From the NCBI GenBank assembly GCA_051879295.1, contig JBJELT010000028.1:158-64157 (forward strand): DNA of 64,000 nucleotides, given 5' to 3'. The stretch comes from Oliverpabstia sp. (GTDB taxonomy: Bacteria; Bacillota; Clostridia; Lachnospirales; Lachnospiraceae). Of this stretch, positions 1 through 10,173 are shown piece by piece. Each line of letters begins with the position of its first letter. Position 1 is the stretch's first letter. The notes beneath the pieces are model-generated. The model had not been told where the DNA came from. It did no database searches and saw only the letters and a program-made list of their open reading frames with translations. The translations under genes were made by a program, and so were the position numbers.

Positions 1-294
1 TATGAACCGCTTAGTAATCTCAAGAATCCGGAAATTTTCAGATTCACTCCAACTGTCTGACCCGGGAAGAATCAGCGCATTATCTTTATTTGCCTGGACA
101 TCCTTTATCGTCAGGTCCGGAACAATCGCAAGACCTCCCATGGATTTCACCGGCTCCTTTGAAAGAGATACTGTTTTCACCGAAATCTCCCTGGCGTCCT
201 TCCTGAAAAACCTTTTTGAATGAAGTTCCGCAAGACAGTAGCCAATTTCCCAATCAGCCATTGTATTCATTACATAAACATATACCGTTGTCAT
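1..294 (-). CDS. DJ-1/PfpI family protein (partial, runs off left edge)
   Basis: Not in ORF track. Manual translation MTTVYVYVMNTMADWEIGYCLAEL...VKSMGGLAIVPD...ALILPG; ATGA overlap with the WYL gene stop. Confidence 0.8.
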   Translation of the reverse strand, partial: MTTVYVYVMNTMADWEIGYCLAELHSKRFFRKDAREISVKTVSLSKEPVKSMGGLAIVPDLTIKDVQANKDNALILPGSDSWSESENFRILEITKRFI

Positions 295-1211
295 TTTTGT
301 CCTTCTTTCCTGTATTTTTCTGCAAGTTCAGAAGCGATACGAAACAGTTCCTCCCTTATAGATTCCGGTTCAAGAACAGTTACCTTCTCCCTGCATGAAA
401 GCATCCAGGACAGCAGCCCCTCATCATCAGCATAATCATGTTCAAACAGAAGCTTTCCATCCGGCATCTCTGTAAAAGACTCTATACCATATTCTTCAAT
501 AAGATGCCATTTCATTGACGGATGAAAAACTGCTTTTACTTTTGCCTGTGGCGGAAACACCTTCTCATTTGATAAGTCTGGCATTGGAACTGCACTTCTT
601 TTTTCAAAATTTCCGGCATGCACCAGCTCTGCCATTCGATTCAGTTTGAACATTCGATAGTCATTCCTTAGCAGACAATATCCATAGACGTACCAGCTTG
701 ACCATTTGAAAATCAGAAAATACGGTTCAATTTCCCTCTCCGTATTACCGCCCGGAGCATAATACTTAAACTTTAGTGTCTTCCCAAGCTCGATAGCATC
801 CTGAATCAGTTCAATCTTTGGTGACAGAGAATCCTTATTCCATGATGACAGGTCGATAAGAATAGACTCATTTCCACTGACAAAATCAGATGATCCAGCC
901 TTGAGTTTTTCCATAAGCTGCCCATAATAATGGCTGCCGCTTACGCTATCAAGACTTCGAAGACCTGCCATAATCATCTGCATATCCTTAGATGTCAGAA
1001 TCGTCCGATCCATCTTATAGCCATCCATTATGCTAATACCACCACCTGCACCCTGTGATGTCAAAATCGGAATACCAGCTTTGCATAAATCTTCAATATC
1101 TCTGTTTATTGTTCTTCTTGAAACCTCAAATCTTTCTGCCAATTCCGGAGCAGTTATTTTCTCTTCCTGTAAAAGAATAGAGAGAATACCGATAAGCCTA
1201 TCTATTTTCAT
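291..1211 (-). CDS. YafY-type HTH-WYL transcriptional regulator
   Basis: N-terminal HTH (ELAERFEVSRRTINRDI) and WYL core (WYVYGYCLLRNDYRMFKLNRM); likely start MKIDRL. Confidence 0.9.
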   Translation of the reverse strand: MKIDRLIGILSILLQEEKITAPELAERFEVSRRTINRDIEDLCKAGIPILTSQGAGGGISIMDGYKMDRTILTSKDMQMIMAGLRSLDSVSGSHYYGQLMEKLKAGSSDFVSGNESILIDLSSWNKDSLSPKIELIQDAIELGKTLKFKYYAPGGNTEREIEPYFLIFKWSSWYVYGYCLLRNDYRMFKLNRMAELVHAGNFEKRSAVPMPDLSNEKVFPPQAKVKAVFHPSMKWHLIEEYGIESFTEMPDGKLLFEHDYADDEGLLSWMLSCREKVTVLEPESIREELFRIASELAEKYRKEGQK

Positions 1212-1232
1212 ATCACTTTCACTTCCTGATTC

Positions 1233-1271
1233 ATTATACCATCTGTAACACGACACCTGTATGTCATGTTA
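1233..1271 (-). promoter_or_regulatory. -10 box plus palindromic operator upstream of the WYL gene
   Basis: TAACACGACA-cctgta-TGTCATGTTA (1246-1271) next to TATAAT (1233-1238). Confidence 0.5.
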
Positions 1272-1519
1272 AATTTATATTATACACAAAATAAAAAGGT
1301 GTTACACCTGGATTCATCACTTTCTAAAAAATAATAAGGCTCCAAACCATTGATTTTTCAATGATTTGAAGCCTCTCTCATTGTCAAACGACAAATATTT
1401 CAAGATTGAACAACATCGCTATACCAAAGCCTTGGCAGGCCATTACGCAGCAATTTTGTTCAATTCTTGTTAAATAAATTCCGATTTAATCTACCTTTTG
1501 TTATTTACAAGGTACCAAG

Positions 1520-2056
1520 TCAATTTTGCCCCTTATTCACATATTCCAAAAACTCTTTTGTTTGAGACCAATATTTGATTCCCCAGTTTTCAAAGTTCCA
1601 TTCCTCCATATAATCGTTACACTCATAATCAATATAATATAACTTATCTTCCTGTACTACAAAATTAGTTGGGAAATAATCGATATTCGTATTAGCAGCA
1701 TATAAATCTACGCACATTTCTTTTACCTGCTCTACAAAAGTCGGTTTTACCTCATTTCGCAAAACATAGTCAAATATGGTATCTCCTTTTATATACTCTT
1801 TCAAAATCATTTCATTTTCAATATCCACTTCAAACATCTCAGGCATGGGAATTCCAATTTTTTTCAAACGTTCATAATCTTTCATTTCTGATTCAATTTT
1901 ATTTCCAAACTGATAATAATCACATGGTTCATGGTGAATTTGTTTTAGCACATATTCCTTCGTTCCATCCGTAACCAGATAAGAATATCCCCCTTTTCCA
2001 TGACCTAGCAATTTTATCACTTCGTATGACTTTTCATTTACATACATCTTTTCCAT
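1520..2056 (-). CDS. Small atypical (RIO/Kdo-like) kinase-fold protein
   Basis: Gly loop GHGKGGYSY, VLKQ lysine, DYFPTNF catalytic loop, YIDY. Confidence 0.7.
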   Translation of the reverse strand: MEKMYVNEKSYEVIKLLGHGKGGYSYLVTDGTKEYVLKQIHHEPCDYYQFGNKIESEMKDYERLKKIGIPMPEMFEVDIENEMILKEYIKGDTIFDYVLRNEVKPTFVEQVKEMCVDLYAANTNIDYFPTNFVVQEDKLYYIDYECNDYMEEWNFENWGIKYWSQTKEFLEYVNKGQN

Positions 2057-2081
2057 TGTAAATTTCTCCCAACAATAATAT

Positions 2082-2162
2082 TTAGGGACGTTCCTTTTGC
2101 CACGAGGAGTGTTCTAATGGTCGTGAAAAAAACACTCCTCATGACAAAAGAAACGTCCCTAA
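2082..2162. repeat. Long imperfect hairpin (REP-like)
   Basis: TTAGGGACGTTCCTTTTGCCACGAGGAGTGTT...AACACTCCTCATGACAAAAGAAACGTCCCTAA. Confidence 0.6.
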
Positions 2163-2221
2163 GTTTTGCATATGTTTTCCCTCTGCCTGTCCAGCAAAAG
2201 CTTTCTTCCCGATGAGAACTG

Positions 2222-2641
2222 TCATTTTTCATTCTCGGCCATATGGAGCAATCCCAGCAGGTTTTCCTCTTTTATCAAAGCAATCCCCTGCCCTTCATCC
2301 CCTAAAACGACAAGGTTATCTCCCGGCTTAATATTAAAAATTTTTCTTGCCTTGGCCGGGATCACGATTTGCCCTTTTTCACCCACCTTAACCATTCCAA
2401 AGATGTGTTTACCCTTGGGCGGTATCATAAGTCCCATTCCAGTCGATTTTTCATAACAGATCAGATCATCCACTGTAATACCGAACACATCTGCCAATGC
2501 CTTGCATTTTTCAATATCCGGCAAGGATTCACCTGTCTCATATTTAGAGAGGGTCTGTCTGGAAACACCGATTTTCTCGGCCAGTTCCTCCTGGGACAGG
2601 TCATGATATTTTCTCAACTCCATCAAATTATCCGCAAACAT
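2222..2641 (-). CDS. XRE HTH + AbrB/SpoVT-type DNA-binding protein
   Basis: LSQEELAEKIGVSRQTLSKYE and C-terminal VKVGEKGQIVIPAKAR; TAATG coupling to the upstream gene. Confidence 0.85.
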   Translation of the reverse strand: MFADNLMELRKYHDLSQEELAEKIGVSRQTLSKYETGESLPDIEKCKALADVFGITVDDLICYEKSTGMGLMIPPKGKHIFGMVKVGEKGQIVIPAKARKIFNIKPGDNLVVLGDEGQGIALIKEENLLGLLHMAENEK

Positions 2642-3594
2642 TATTTTCCACCTCCAATTCCGCAGACGCACCATCTCAAAACCGGGATGCGGCGAATGAT
2701 TTCATAAAGGATAAGTGCTCCAGCAAAGGCGGCTACTCCCACCAACAGGTACATAGACACGGGAGACAACTCTGTGTAGAGATGTAAATACCATGCACAG
2801 GCAGCGAGGGGAAGGTAGTGGAATAAATAGAGTCCCCAGGCTTTCCGGCTCATAAAACAGGAAAATGCATTTTCAAAATTACCCCACTTTTTCATCACTG
2901 AGAGAACCGCCAGAGTAAGGGGAAACCACCATTTTTCCAGCCTTTCCATAACAGCATCGTGGGAGAAGATAAAATACCCCAGTAAGAATCCCACACCGTA
3001 GATACCGAAACGATACACCACAATCACCGGCGTGTTTAAAACCTGGGCGGCACCCCAAATCACAGGGGTCATGCAAAGCAAAATAGGAAGGGTCGCCTTT
3101 TCACACAACCCATAGAGCCTGTCTTTCTCAATTTTGCGTATGAAAAGCAGGAACAGGGAAACTACCCAGAGCAGTTGGATGTACCATAGAGCACCAATGC
3201 CACTGACCGCCATGATGACATACAGGAGCGGTTTTGGTACTGCGGACATATTTTCAAATGCGCCGCCAATCATCATGTTGTAATATCCCAGAATCCACCA
3301 GAAGACAAACAGGCCTATGGTAGATGGAACCAGCAGCTTCGTCGTCCTGCTTTTCAGAAATTCCTTATCTGAATGCCCATTCAGATAAAACCTTGCGCTC
3401 ATACCGGAGATTACAAATAAAAGCAGCATGAACCAAGGGTAGACAAAGTACTGAACAACATCCTGGTACTGAACCGGTGTGAAAGGGCCGATCACACCAC
3501 CGGTTACCTCACCATTGAACATATAAAACACATGGTAAATCACAACGAGTACTACTGTCATCCATCTGATGTTGTCAATGTAAGTTTTTCTCAT
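2641..3594 (-). CDS. Acyltransferase family 3 (OpgC-like) membrane protein, possibly internally deleted
   Basis: MRKTYIDNIRW..VVIYH, LFVISG, GLYLFH motifs; multiple TM segments. Confidence 0.75.
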   Translation of the reverse strand: MRKTYIDNIRWMTVVLVVIYHVFYMFNGEVTGGVIGPFTPVQYQDVVQYFVYPWFMLLLFVISGMSARFYLNGHSDKEFLKSRTTKLLVPSTIGLFVFWWILGYYNMMIGGAFENMSAVPKPLLYVIMAVSGIGALWYIQLLWVVSLFLLFIRKIEKDRLYGLCEKATLPILLCMTPVIWGAAQVLNTPVIVVYRFGIYGVGFLLGYFIFSHDAVMERLEKWWFPLTLAVLSVMKKWGNFENAFSCFMSRKAWGLYLFHYLPLAACAWYLHLYTELSPVSMYLLVGVAAFAGALILYEIIRRIPVLRWCVCGIGGGK

Positions 3595-3760
3595 ATTTAT
3601 ACCACCTTTGCTATTATTTTTAACATCATGGTAGCATGAACAGGGCAGTAATTCTACCAACGAAAGCAAACAATTCTGCATGATTCTTGTTAAAAAAAGT
3701 GGCATCCTGATTATATCGTTCGTGTCTTCACTGCCAGAAAGATTCGCACAAAAATTTGGG

Positions 3761-4006
3761 CTATTCTTTATAACCTATTAGGGCAATAATATTATCATCT
3801 TTGAAAATGTATCCAGTCTTTTTTCCTTCTTCCATTAACTCTGTTCTGCAATTAAGAATATTCTTTCCAATATTGCATGGCGTTTCAAGTGAAATAATAT
3901 ATTCTCCCTTATAAGTCCCAGTATAATATTCCTCAAAAATTTGTTTTAAATGCTCTAAACTCATTTCTTTTGCAGGTAACCAAGAAAATATATCCAATAC
4001 TTTCAT
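3761..4006 (-). CDS. Hypothetical protein
   Basis: 81-aa ORF with GGAGG RBS. Confidence 0.55.
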   Translation of the reverse strand: MKVLDIFSWLPAKEMSLEHLKQIFEEYYTGTYKGEYIISLETPCNIGKNILNCRTELMEEGKKTGYIFKDDNIIALIGYKE

Positions 4007-4040
4007 TCAACTATGTTCCTCCTCAAACAGGAATTGTGTC

Positions 4041-4451
4041 TTATTTATCCTTTTCTTCATATGGTTTATTCCATGAACCGATTTCGATGATATTTCCTTC
4101 CGGGTCAGCTATAAAACATGTCCTTTGTCCCCAAGGTTCGGTTGTGGGTTCCAATATAGATGTTGCACCCTTCTGAATTGCATTTTGATACTGCTCATCG
4201 ACTTCCTCATATGTATCTACATACAACGCCATCTCAGAATGTGCATTTACCCCTTTAAGATACTCATATCTTTTACTTGTTAATTTTTCAAAATCATTTC
4301 TTCCATATAGCAGGAATAATGTTCCATCCTTCAACAGGTAAACATTATCAGTGTTCTTATCTTCTTTAATTTCAAATCCTAATACATCTCTATAGAATCT
4401 GATCATTGCTGCCATATCTTTAACAAATAAACCATATCCATCTAATCTCAT
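4041..4451 (-). CDS. VOC/glyoxalase family protein
   Basis: FYRDVLGF and EPWGQRTCFIADPEGNIIEI motifs. Confidence 0.9.
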   Translation of the reverse strand: MRLDGYGLFVKDMAAMIRFYRDVLGFEIKEDKNTDNVYLLKDGTLFLLYGRNDFEKLTSKRYEYLKGVNAHSEMALYVDTYEEVDEQYQNAIQKGATSILEPTTEPWGQRTCFIADPEGNIIEIGSWNKPYEEKDK

Positions 4452-4509
4452 AGTCAATCTCCTTTTTTTTCATTAAATTACGATTTCTCTAGTTCCAAAA
4501 ACTGGAATT

Positions 4510-4593
4510 TTATCTCTTCTTTTTACTCTTTAGGCTAGCATATATACCGATTGCAATTACAAAGATAACTGCCACTACTACCCCATATTCCAT
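4510..4593 (-). CDS. 27-aa single-TM small protein
   Basis: MEYGVVVAVIFVIAIGIYASLKSKKKR with GAGGTG RBS; bracketed by junction motifs. Confidence 0.5.
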   Translation of the reverse strand: MEYGVVVAVIFVIAIGIYASLKSKKKR

Positions 4594-4651
4594 AAACGTC
4601 ACCTCTTTCCAAATTCCGATTTTGTCAGCGAAAAAACTGGAACTTATCCGT

Positions 4652-4948
4652 CTACATCTCCAGCAGCATATAAACGAGTTCCTGAAAGCCGCTTGTCCGG
4701 GGTTCCGGCTACCTTCCCGTCCACAAAAGCGACGATTTCAATTTCATTGTCACTGGCCGTTTTCTGCGCCAGAAACTGGCCTTCCTGTTCCGCATCAAAG
4801 CTGCTTTGTCCGGGTAGGAAATCAGATAATCTGTTTCCGCATGGGTTTGGTTGAAATTATCAAATACCGCGCTCCCGTCAGCTCCCACGCCGTTTCTCAG
4901 AACGGCGATGCTTCCGTTTTTCAAAATAATCTGTTTACTATATTTCAT
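4652..4948 (-). pseudogene. GNAT acetyltransferase remnant (frameshift plus internal deletion)
   Basis: MKYSKQIILKNG...SYPD continues in another frame as SFDAEQEGQFL...VDGKVAGT, then jumps to the C-terminal SGFQELVYMLLEM*. Confidence 0.65.
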
Positions 4949-5015
4949 GTGTTTGCCTCCACAATATTGACATATAAGCTCATTGTGTTTATGCCGGCAA
5001 ACAGAAATTTAGCTG

Positions 5016-5741
5016 TCATTTCATTCTTTTTATATGTGCTTGATAATCCTCATAATATGGAGCGATCCCTTCCCTTGTGAGTGCAGCCACTTCGTCCGGA
5101 GTATAATTCTGACATAACATACCGGGAACAAATTCTTCTTCAAAGTAGTGCTTCAATTTCTCCAGGTCACTTGCTTTAATATAGGCATTGGTGTAGCCGG
5201 CCTCATCCACTACCGGAAGTAAGACCGCATTGTTATCCTCGTTCAGCAATATGATTGCCTCATATTGGGCAAATAAAGGCTCGTGCTTGTAAATTGCTCC
5301 TACCGTAAAGGTAAGTGGCTGCTCTGTTAACTTGCAGGGTTGTTCAATGGTATCTCCGATTGAAAGGTGTTCATCATTTGCAAGTGAGCTTGAGATGATG
5401 ATAGGGTTGCACTCAGAATTTGAAAGGATAGATGTATCTTCCTTTACGATTGCCGCACAATCAAAGGAGGAAGCGTCAATTTTCTCAAACGATTCTGTTG
5501 CGTAATATGCAATCTGGCTTGGAGCCGATGTCTTGCCGGGACGTTCAAATATCAGTAGTGAAAATGTGAAAATACTGTCTACAAACGGCTCGTTTTCTAA
5601 TGCCACAAGTTGTTCCTTTGTAGTACACTCCACATAGTAATCAAACTGAGAATTTTCTGATTCATTTAAAAATGAAGAATTGCATCCTGTCATTCCAAAG
5701 AAGATTGATATAATCGTAAGTATTACTATTAACCTCTTCAT
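5016..5741 (-). CDS. Putative lipoprotein
   Basis: Signal peptide with lipobox-like MTGC; GGAGG RBS. Confidence 0.6.
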   Translation of the reverse strand: MKRLIVILTIISIFFGMTGCNSSFLNESENSQFDYYVECTTKEQLVALENEPFVDSIFTFSLLIFERPGKTSAPSQIAYYATESFEKIDASSFDCAAIVKEDTSILSNSECNPIIISSSLANDEHLSIGDTIEQPCKLTEQPLTFTVGAIYKHEPLFAQYEAIILLNEDNNAVLLPVVDEAGYTNAYIKASDLEKLKHYFEEEFVPGMLCQNYTPDEVAALTREGIAPYYEDYQAHIKRMK

Positions 5742-5821
5742 TTTTCCTCCTGTGTGCTTCTGTTTTCAACATTAAATTCCGATTTTTCGATCTGTTTATT
5801 TACCTGAGAAACTGGACTTTG

Positions 5822-6427
5822 TTAATTTGCTTTTTCAAAATGCCTATATGCCAATACCCCTATCGGAAAGAAATAGACACACCATATCAAAAGTGCGATC
5901 GTCCCTCCGTTACCTGTTTTTCCAGTTGCCATACTTGTGAATGCACCTGTCATTGGCATAATAAAACAGCTGAAGAAAAAGATTCCGTGTATCATCATTA
6001 AGTATTTCAGCCATTTGTCTGAATTACTATCCCCCTTGATGGAAAGACCAATAAAAAAGGTAGAAAGCGCCATCATTCCATATCCGAGCAAATCATAGTT
6101 GAAAAGCAGCCCGCCTCGCTGATAATTTAATATCCGTATTGCCTGTTCATTCAGGTCTTCCAGCCGGACACTGGTTGTCTGGGCAAAATAGACCAGAAAG
6201 ATCAGTACGGCATATATTGCTGAAAAAACCAGTCCAATAATTGCAGAAACCCGCTGCTCTTCACAGCATTCATGTTGGAAACCCGCGACCATCATAATAT
6301 AGCCTATCGGCAAAAACATACATACAAGGTATGATCCAAAATGGAATTTGACAATCATGCATACTGCAAATACGAAAACGGTTACCGAGACAATCACTGC
6401 ACCTATTTGGGGGATTAACTTATTCAT
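5822..6427 (-). CDS. Multi-pass membrane protein
   Basis: About 6 hydrophobic segments; AGGAGG RBS. Confidence 0.7.
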   Translation of the reverse strand: MNKLIPQIGAVIVSVTVFVFAVCMIVKFHFGSYLVCMFLPIGYIMMVAGFQHECCEEQRVSAIIGLVFSAIYAVLIFLVYFAQTTSVRLEDLNEQAIRILNYQRGGLLFNYDLLGYGMMALSTFFIGLSIKGDSNSDKWLKYLMMIHGIFFFSCFIMPMTGAFTSMATGKTGNGGTIALLIWCVYFFPIGVLAYRHFEKAN

Positions 6428-6469
6428 CTGCTCCTCCTAATTTGTCAATTGGCGAAATGACAATGACTA

Positions 6470-6658
6470 TCAATTTATCTTCTTCGATATGATGTAATTC
6501 GTCACCGCCAGCACCACCTGTGTAGCCGTCAGAATGGCAAATGTCCAGCCAAGTGCCATCCGTCCGCGATAAAAATGACCGTAGCTGACGATCCCGAAGC
6601 AGATCGCGGCAACAATGCTGCATCCGATCACTACCTTACCATTCTTTTTCCTTTTCAT
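6470..6658 (-). CDS. Small two-TM membrane protein
   Basis: 62 aa, two hydrophobic helices, GGAG RBS. Confidence 0.5.
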   Translation of the reverse strand: MKRKKNGKVVIGCSIVAAICFGIVSYGHFYRGRMALGWTFAILTATQVVLAVTNYIISKKIN

Positions 6659-6689
6659 TATTGAAACACTCCAATCTGTCTATACGCTG

Positions 6690-7124
6690 CTATTTGTCTG
6701 TGTTATCCTCGGTTCTCCATCTGATTCCGTAGTCACCGGCAAACTCCCTTGCCGTAAAGCAAATCTTATACTCACCGGGTTCTTCCACAATCACATCAAA
6801 GGACGCGGAATCCAGATCTCTGCCGGTATAATTCGGCTTATCCTTATTGTCAACCGGATAGACATCTATGTCGAGCCTTCCCGATTCCTTGGAGACACGA
6901 ATTGAAATAATTCCCTTTTGTCCTTCTTTGACTTGATAGGTATCATACTCTGTGCCGTTTCGGATCATCCCATTTTCTCCGAAATCAATATTCATCGTTC
7001 CGTTCATGTCGGCATTACTGTCTTTCTTGCTATTTGTACATGCCATTATTGAAATCACCGCCGCAATCAAGAGGCATAAAGTAAGGATTCGTACATATTT
7101 GTGGTTCATATTCTTCATGTTCAT
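6690..7124 (-). CDS. Putative lipoprotein
   Basis: Likely start MNMKNMNHK (ATGA overlap), signal peptide ending SIMAC. Confidence 0.6.
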   Translation of the reverse strand: MNMKNMNHKYVRILTLCLLIAAVISIMACTNSKKDSNADMNGTMNIDFGENGMIRNGTEYDTYQVKEGQKGIISIRVSKESGRLDIDVYPVDNKDKPNYTGRDLDSASFDVIVEEPGEYKICFTAREFAGDYGIRWRTEDNTDK

Positions 7125-7486
7125 GCACCCTTCCGACCCTTTCGCCGTTGGGCCGCGTTCAGGAGCAGCGCAACGCAGTTTAGCGCCAGAGCCAGAGGCA
7201 AATACCAGTTGGACCATCCCTCCGGAAAAACGGCGATCACGGACTGCACCAGGAAAAAGACCGCGCCAAGCTCGAACAGGAGCGTCAGAATATTCAGGCA
7301 GGTGGCATTTTTCCAGAACGCCAGCACAAACAGCAGCACTACCGCATCCGCATACAGCCCGTACAGAATGTGGGTGAGCTGGATGCTCCATGGAAATGAC
7401 AGCTCCGGATGACCCGCCGAATAGATGACAAAGCCAATGGCGACAGCCGCCAGTACACAGGCCAGGATAAAATAACGCTTTTTCAT
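7121..7486 (-). CDS. Four-TM membrane protein
   Basis: Hydrophobic 121-aa ORF tightly coupled to its neighbours; visibly GC-richer. Confidence 0.6.
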   Translation of the reverse strand: MKKRYFILACVLAAVAIGFVIYSAGHPELSFPWSIQLTHILYGLYADAVVLLFVLAFWKNATCLNILTLLFELGAVFFLVQSVIAVFPEGWSNWYLPLALALNCVALLLNAAQRRKGRKGA

Positions 7487-7487
7487 A

Positions 7488-7970
7488 TCAAATTTCCTTT
7501 CGCTTTTCCAGTCTTACAACGCCGTATTCATCGGCATCCGTCATTCCATTTTTGAAGGCATAGCCCATTTTTCGATAGAAAGATACCGCGGTCAGGGAGG
7601 AGCCGACCTCGGTGCGCCAAGCCCGGCGGAAGTATTCATCCGCTTCCAGGGTTTCAACGATCTTTCTGCCCACGCCTTTACCTTGGTAGTCCGGCAGGAC
7701 AAAAATCGAGATCAGATAGCTTTCCTCGGTACTGCCCCAGTAGCCAGTGATGCCGCCGCAGCCGATGATGGTTTCCCTGTCCATTGCCACATAAAAATGT
7801 GCTTCCGCTGCCCTTGCGGCGATCACCTCCGGGGAATAGCTTTTGATGTTTTCCTCAATAAACCCGGGCGAATAATCCTTTCGGTTGCTGATTGCCAGTG
7901 TCGTGCAAATCACATCCGAAACCGCGAATTCATCCCCTTTTCGGAATTTGCGAAGTGTAATAGCTTCCAT
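7488..7970 (-). CDS. GNAT family N-acetyltransferase
   Basis: FVLPDYQGKGVG acetyl-CoA motif and AVSFYRKMGY. Confidence 0.9.
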   Translation of the reverse strand: MEAITLRKFRKGDEFAVSDVICTTLAISNRKDYSPGFIEENIKSYSPEVIAARAAEAHFYVAMDRETIIGCGGITGYWGSTEESYLISIFVLPDYQGKGVGRKIVETLEADEYFRRAWRTEVGSSLTAVSFYRKMGYAFKNGMTDADEYGVVRLEKRKEI

Positions 7971-8594
7971 ATCTTTTTTCTCCTTGAATCACCGAGTATT
8001 TGAATTTAGTATCAGCTTACACTCTATATTTTACAAGAGTGCGCCGGCTGCATATAGACCCTTCGCCGACCGGCCTGTTCATAAACAACGAATTTTCTAA
8101 GAAATCCTTATCTTTTCTGTCTATCCTCATGATAATCAAACAAAACGCCTCCGCTATGCTCGCTCTCCGGTACGGATAAAGTCGATCAATTTGTCGATAT
8201 TATCAAAGTCGTCATAATCGCCGACAATATACCAGTTCATTTTCTTCCACTATTGCCAGTATTTCAACTGGACCGAAGATATCCAGTGTTTCAAAATCAT
8301 CAAACGGTAAAATATGTATTCTCAATTTCTTCACCTCATGCTCATGAGATTTCATTGTTTCATTTCTTCACTTTGCATCAGAGGTTAACCTGTTCCTCTT
8401 GTATCAGTCCCTGCAAAAGAGTACATTGTTTTCAACTCTCGAACGCATTCATCGGGCGTAATAAAATCTGTTTCATATACTCTTTCTCCATGTTGTTCTT
8501 CAAATAGGAATTATTCACTTATTCGAAATACTCAGCATAATCATCAATATGATAAATATTGCTTCAAGAATAGCACCTATAATACATGCAATTT

Positions 8595-8810
8595 TTAATT
8601 GATGCCCCTTAAATTCCATGCCACCCAGTGATTAAATTCTGGATGAATGGGATGATCCAAATCATCCATAACAATAGCGAGCGTTACTGTTTCGGCAGGT
8701 AAATCTTCAATATATAGCTCTGGTGATTCATCGTTACCGTAACCAGAACAACAGTCTGGTATCCAATCATTGTTTTTAAATTGTGATGATTTAATAAACA
8801 ATTCTTTCAC
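8595..8810 (-). pseudogene. YbhB/YbcL (PEBP) family protein, 3'-truncated
   Basis: SPEL..TLAIVMDDLDHP..FNHWVAWN, then an early stop at 71 aa. Confidence 0.7.
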
Positions 8811-8871
8811 TATTTTATACCCTTTCTTCCAACAGGAATTTCTATTTTTCAGTTTTAAAAACAGGAAGTTG

Positions 8872-9201
8872 TCACTCTAAAGTTTCTGCAAATATCTGTT
8901 TCAAAACTTCATATGGTATATCCTGCTTTAAATAGATTTGCAACATTCCCTTAGGAGTAATTTTATAACATGCTAATTCTTCCTTATGTTGAATTACCGC
9001 CTGTGCTTCAATGTTAATATGGTCTTTAAATGGAATAAGCCTCACAAAAGATTCTCCAACATAATAGCTTGGTAACTTTGCCCACAATGTTTCTTCTAGT
9101 TCGCATGAAACACTATCAAAAATCATCTTCCTTAAATTAAGGTACATATCAATAATCTCACTTGGATATTTATCTATATAATCTTTTACTTGCTCATTCA
9201 T
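8872..9201 (-). CDS. DUF1801/YdhG-like protein
   Basis: VKDYIDKYP...LEETLWAKLPSY pattern. Confidence 0.6.
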   Translation of the reverse strand: MNEQVKDYIDKYPSEIIDMYLNLRKMIFDSVSCELEETLWAKLPSYYVGESFVRLIPFKDHINIEAQAVIQHKEELACYKITPKGMLQIYLKQDIPYEVLKQIFAETLE

Positions 9202-9261
9202 TTAAATAACCTCCATAACTTTTCAATAAAATGCAAATCTCAAGGAATTGATAACCATCAT

Positions 9262-10149
9262 CTATTTCAACAGTTTCTCATAAGAAAATTTTCTTGCCGC
9301 CCCCTTCATAAGCCAAACATCAAGCACCGCCAAAACGATACCCAATCCCAAAAGAAGCCCTGAATTTACCAGAATGACACCTGTAAATTGTCCTATGACG
9401 AGTGCGAGAATCGGAAAAATCAGGAATACCGCACGTTGCTGTGCTTCTTCCATAGTTTGTGCCTTTGCGGAACCTCGCACTGTTACGGCGATAGCAACAA
9501 TCGAGATAGCCGGTGCAATAAACAGCAAAATAATAAGCCAACTAATGTCAGGCATCAACACATTTCCGGTCAAAAATAACATTTCAATTTCTAATACAAG
9601 CATCATTGCAGCAAACGAGATGTATGAAACCATCATTCCTATTGAAAATCCAGCCAGTATTTTAGATTGAAACAATTTAGTTGTCCCATCTACGGCAAGT
9701 TCCTGAATCAACATATTGACATTTTGTGCACTTTCAGGATCAAGTCCGGAGGTAGGTTCATCCAGAAACAAAATCTCAGGGCTATGCATCAGGGCTCTGG
9801 CAAGTGAAAGATGCTGCCGCATACCAGTAGAATAGGCAGATAGCTTACGATTCTGTGCATCTGTCAAATCCAGCCGTTCTAAACTCTTTTCACAATCAGA
9901 CCTATTTATACCAAATAGTGTGCCATAAAAAATAAGATTTTCAATTCCCGATAAATGATCATACATTTGTGCATGTTCTGTAATCACGCCCGAGATTTGG
10001 TGCAACTTTTCCGGATTTTTGGTAGGATCGATGCCAAACACTCTGCAGCTACCACTTGATGGAACAAGCATACCACAAAGCAATTTAATTGTTGTGGTCT
10101 TTCCTGCTCCATTTGGTCCCAAAAAACCAAATATCTCTCCCCGTTCCAA
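9262..10149 (-). pseudogene. Deletion chimera of ABC ATPase and ABC permease
   Basis: Walker A GPNGAGKTT, signature YSTGM, Walker B LFLDEP, then an abrupt switch to TM segments; H-loop and normal N-terminus missing. Confidence 0.7.
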
Positions 10150-10173
10150 CCAATGGTCACTTATTCTTTTTCA

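Noticed and set aside
6690-7391. 233-aa ORF as a single protein
   Set aside because: Its first ~90 codons overlap the 7121-7486 gene in another frame; the lipoprotein signal begins near 7124.
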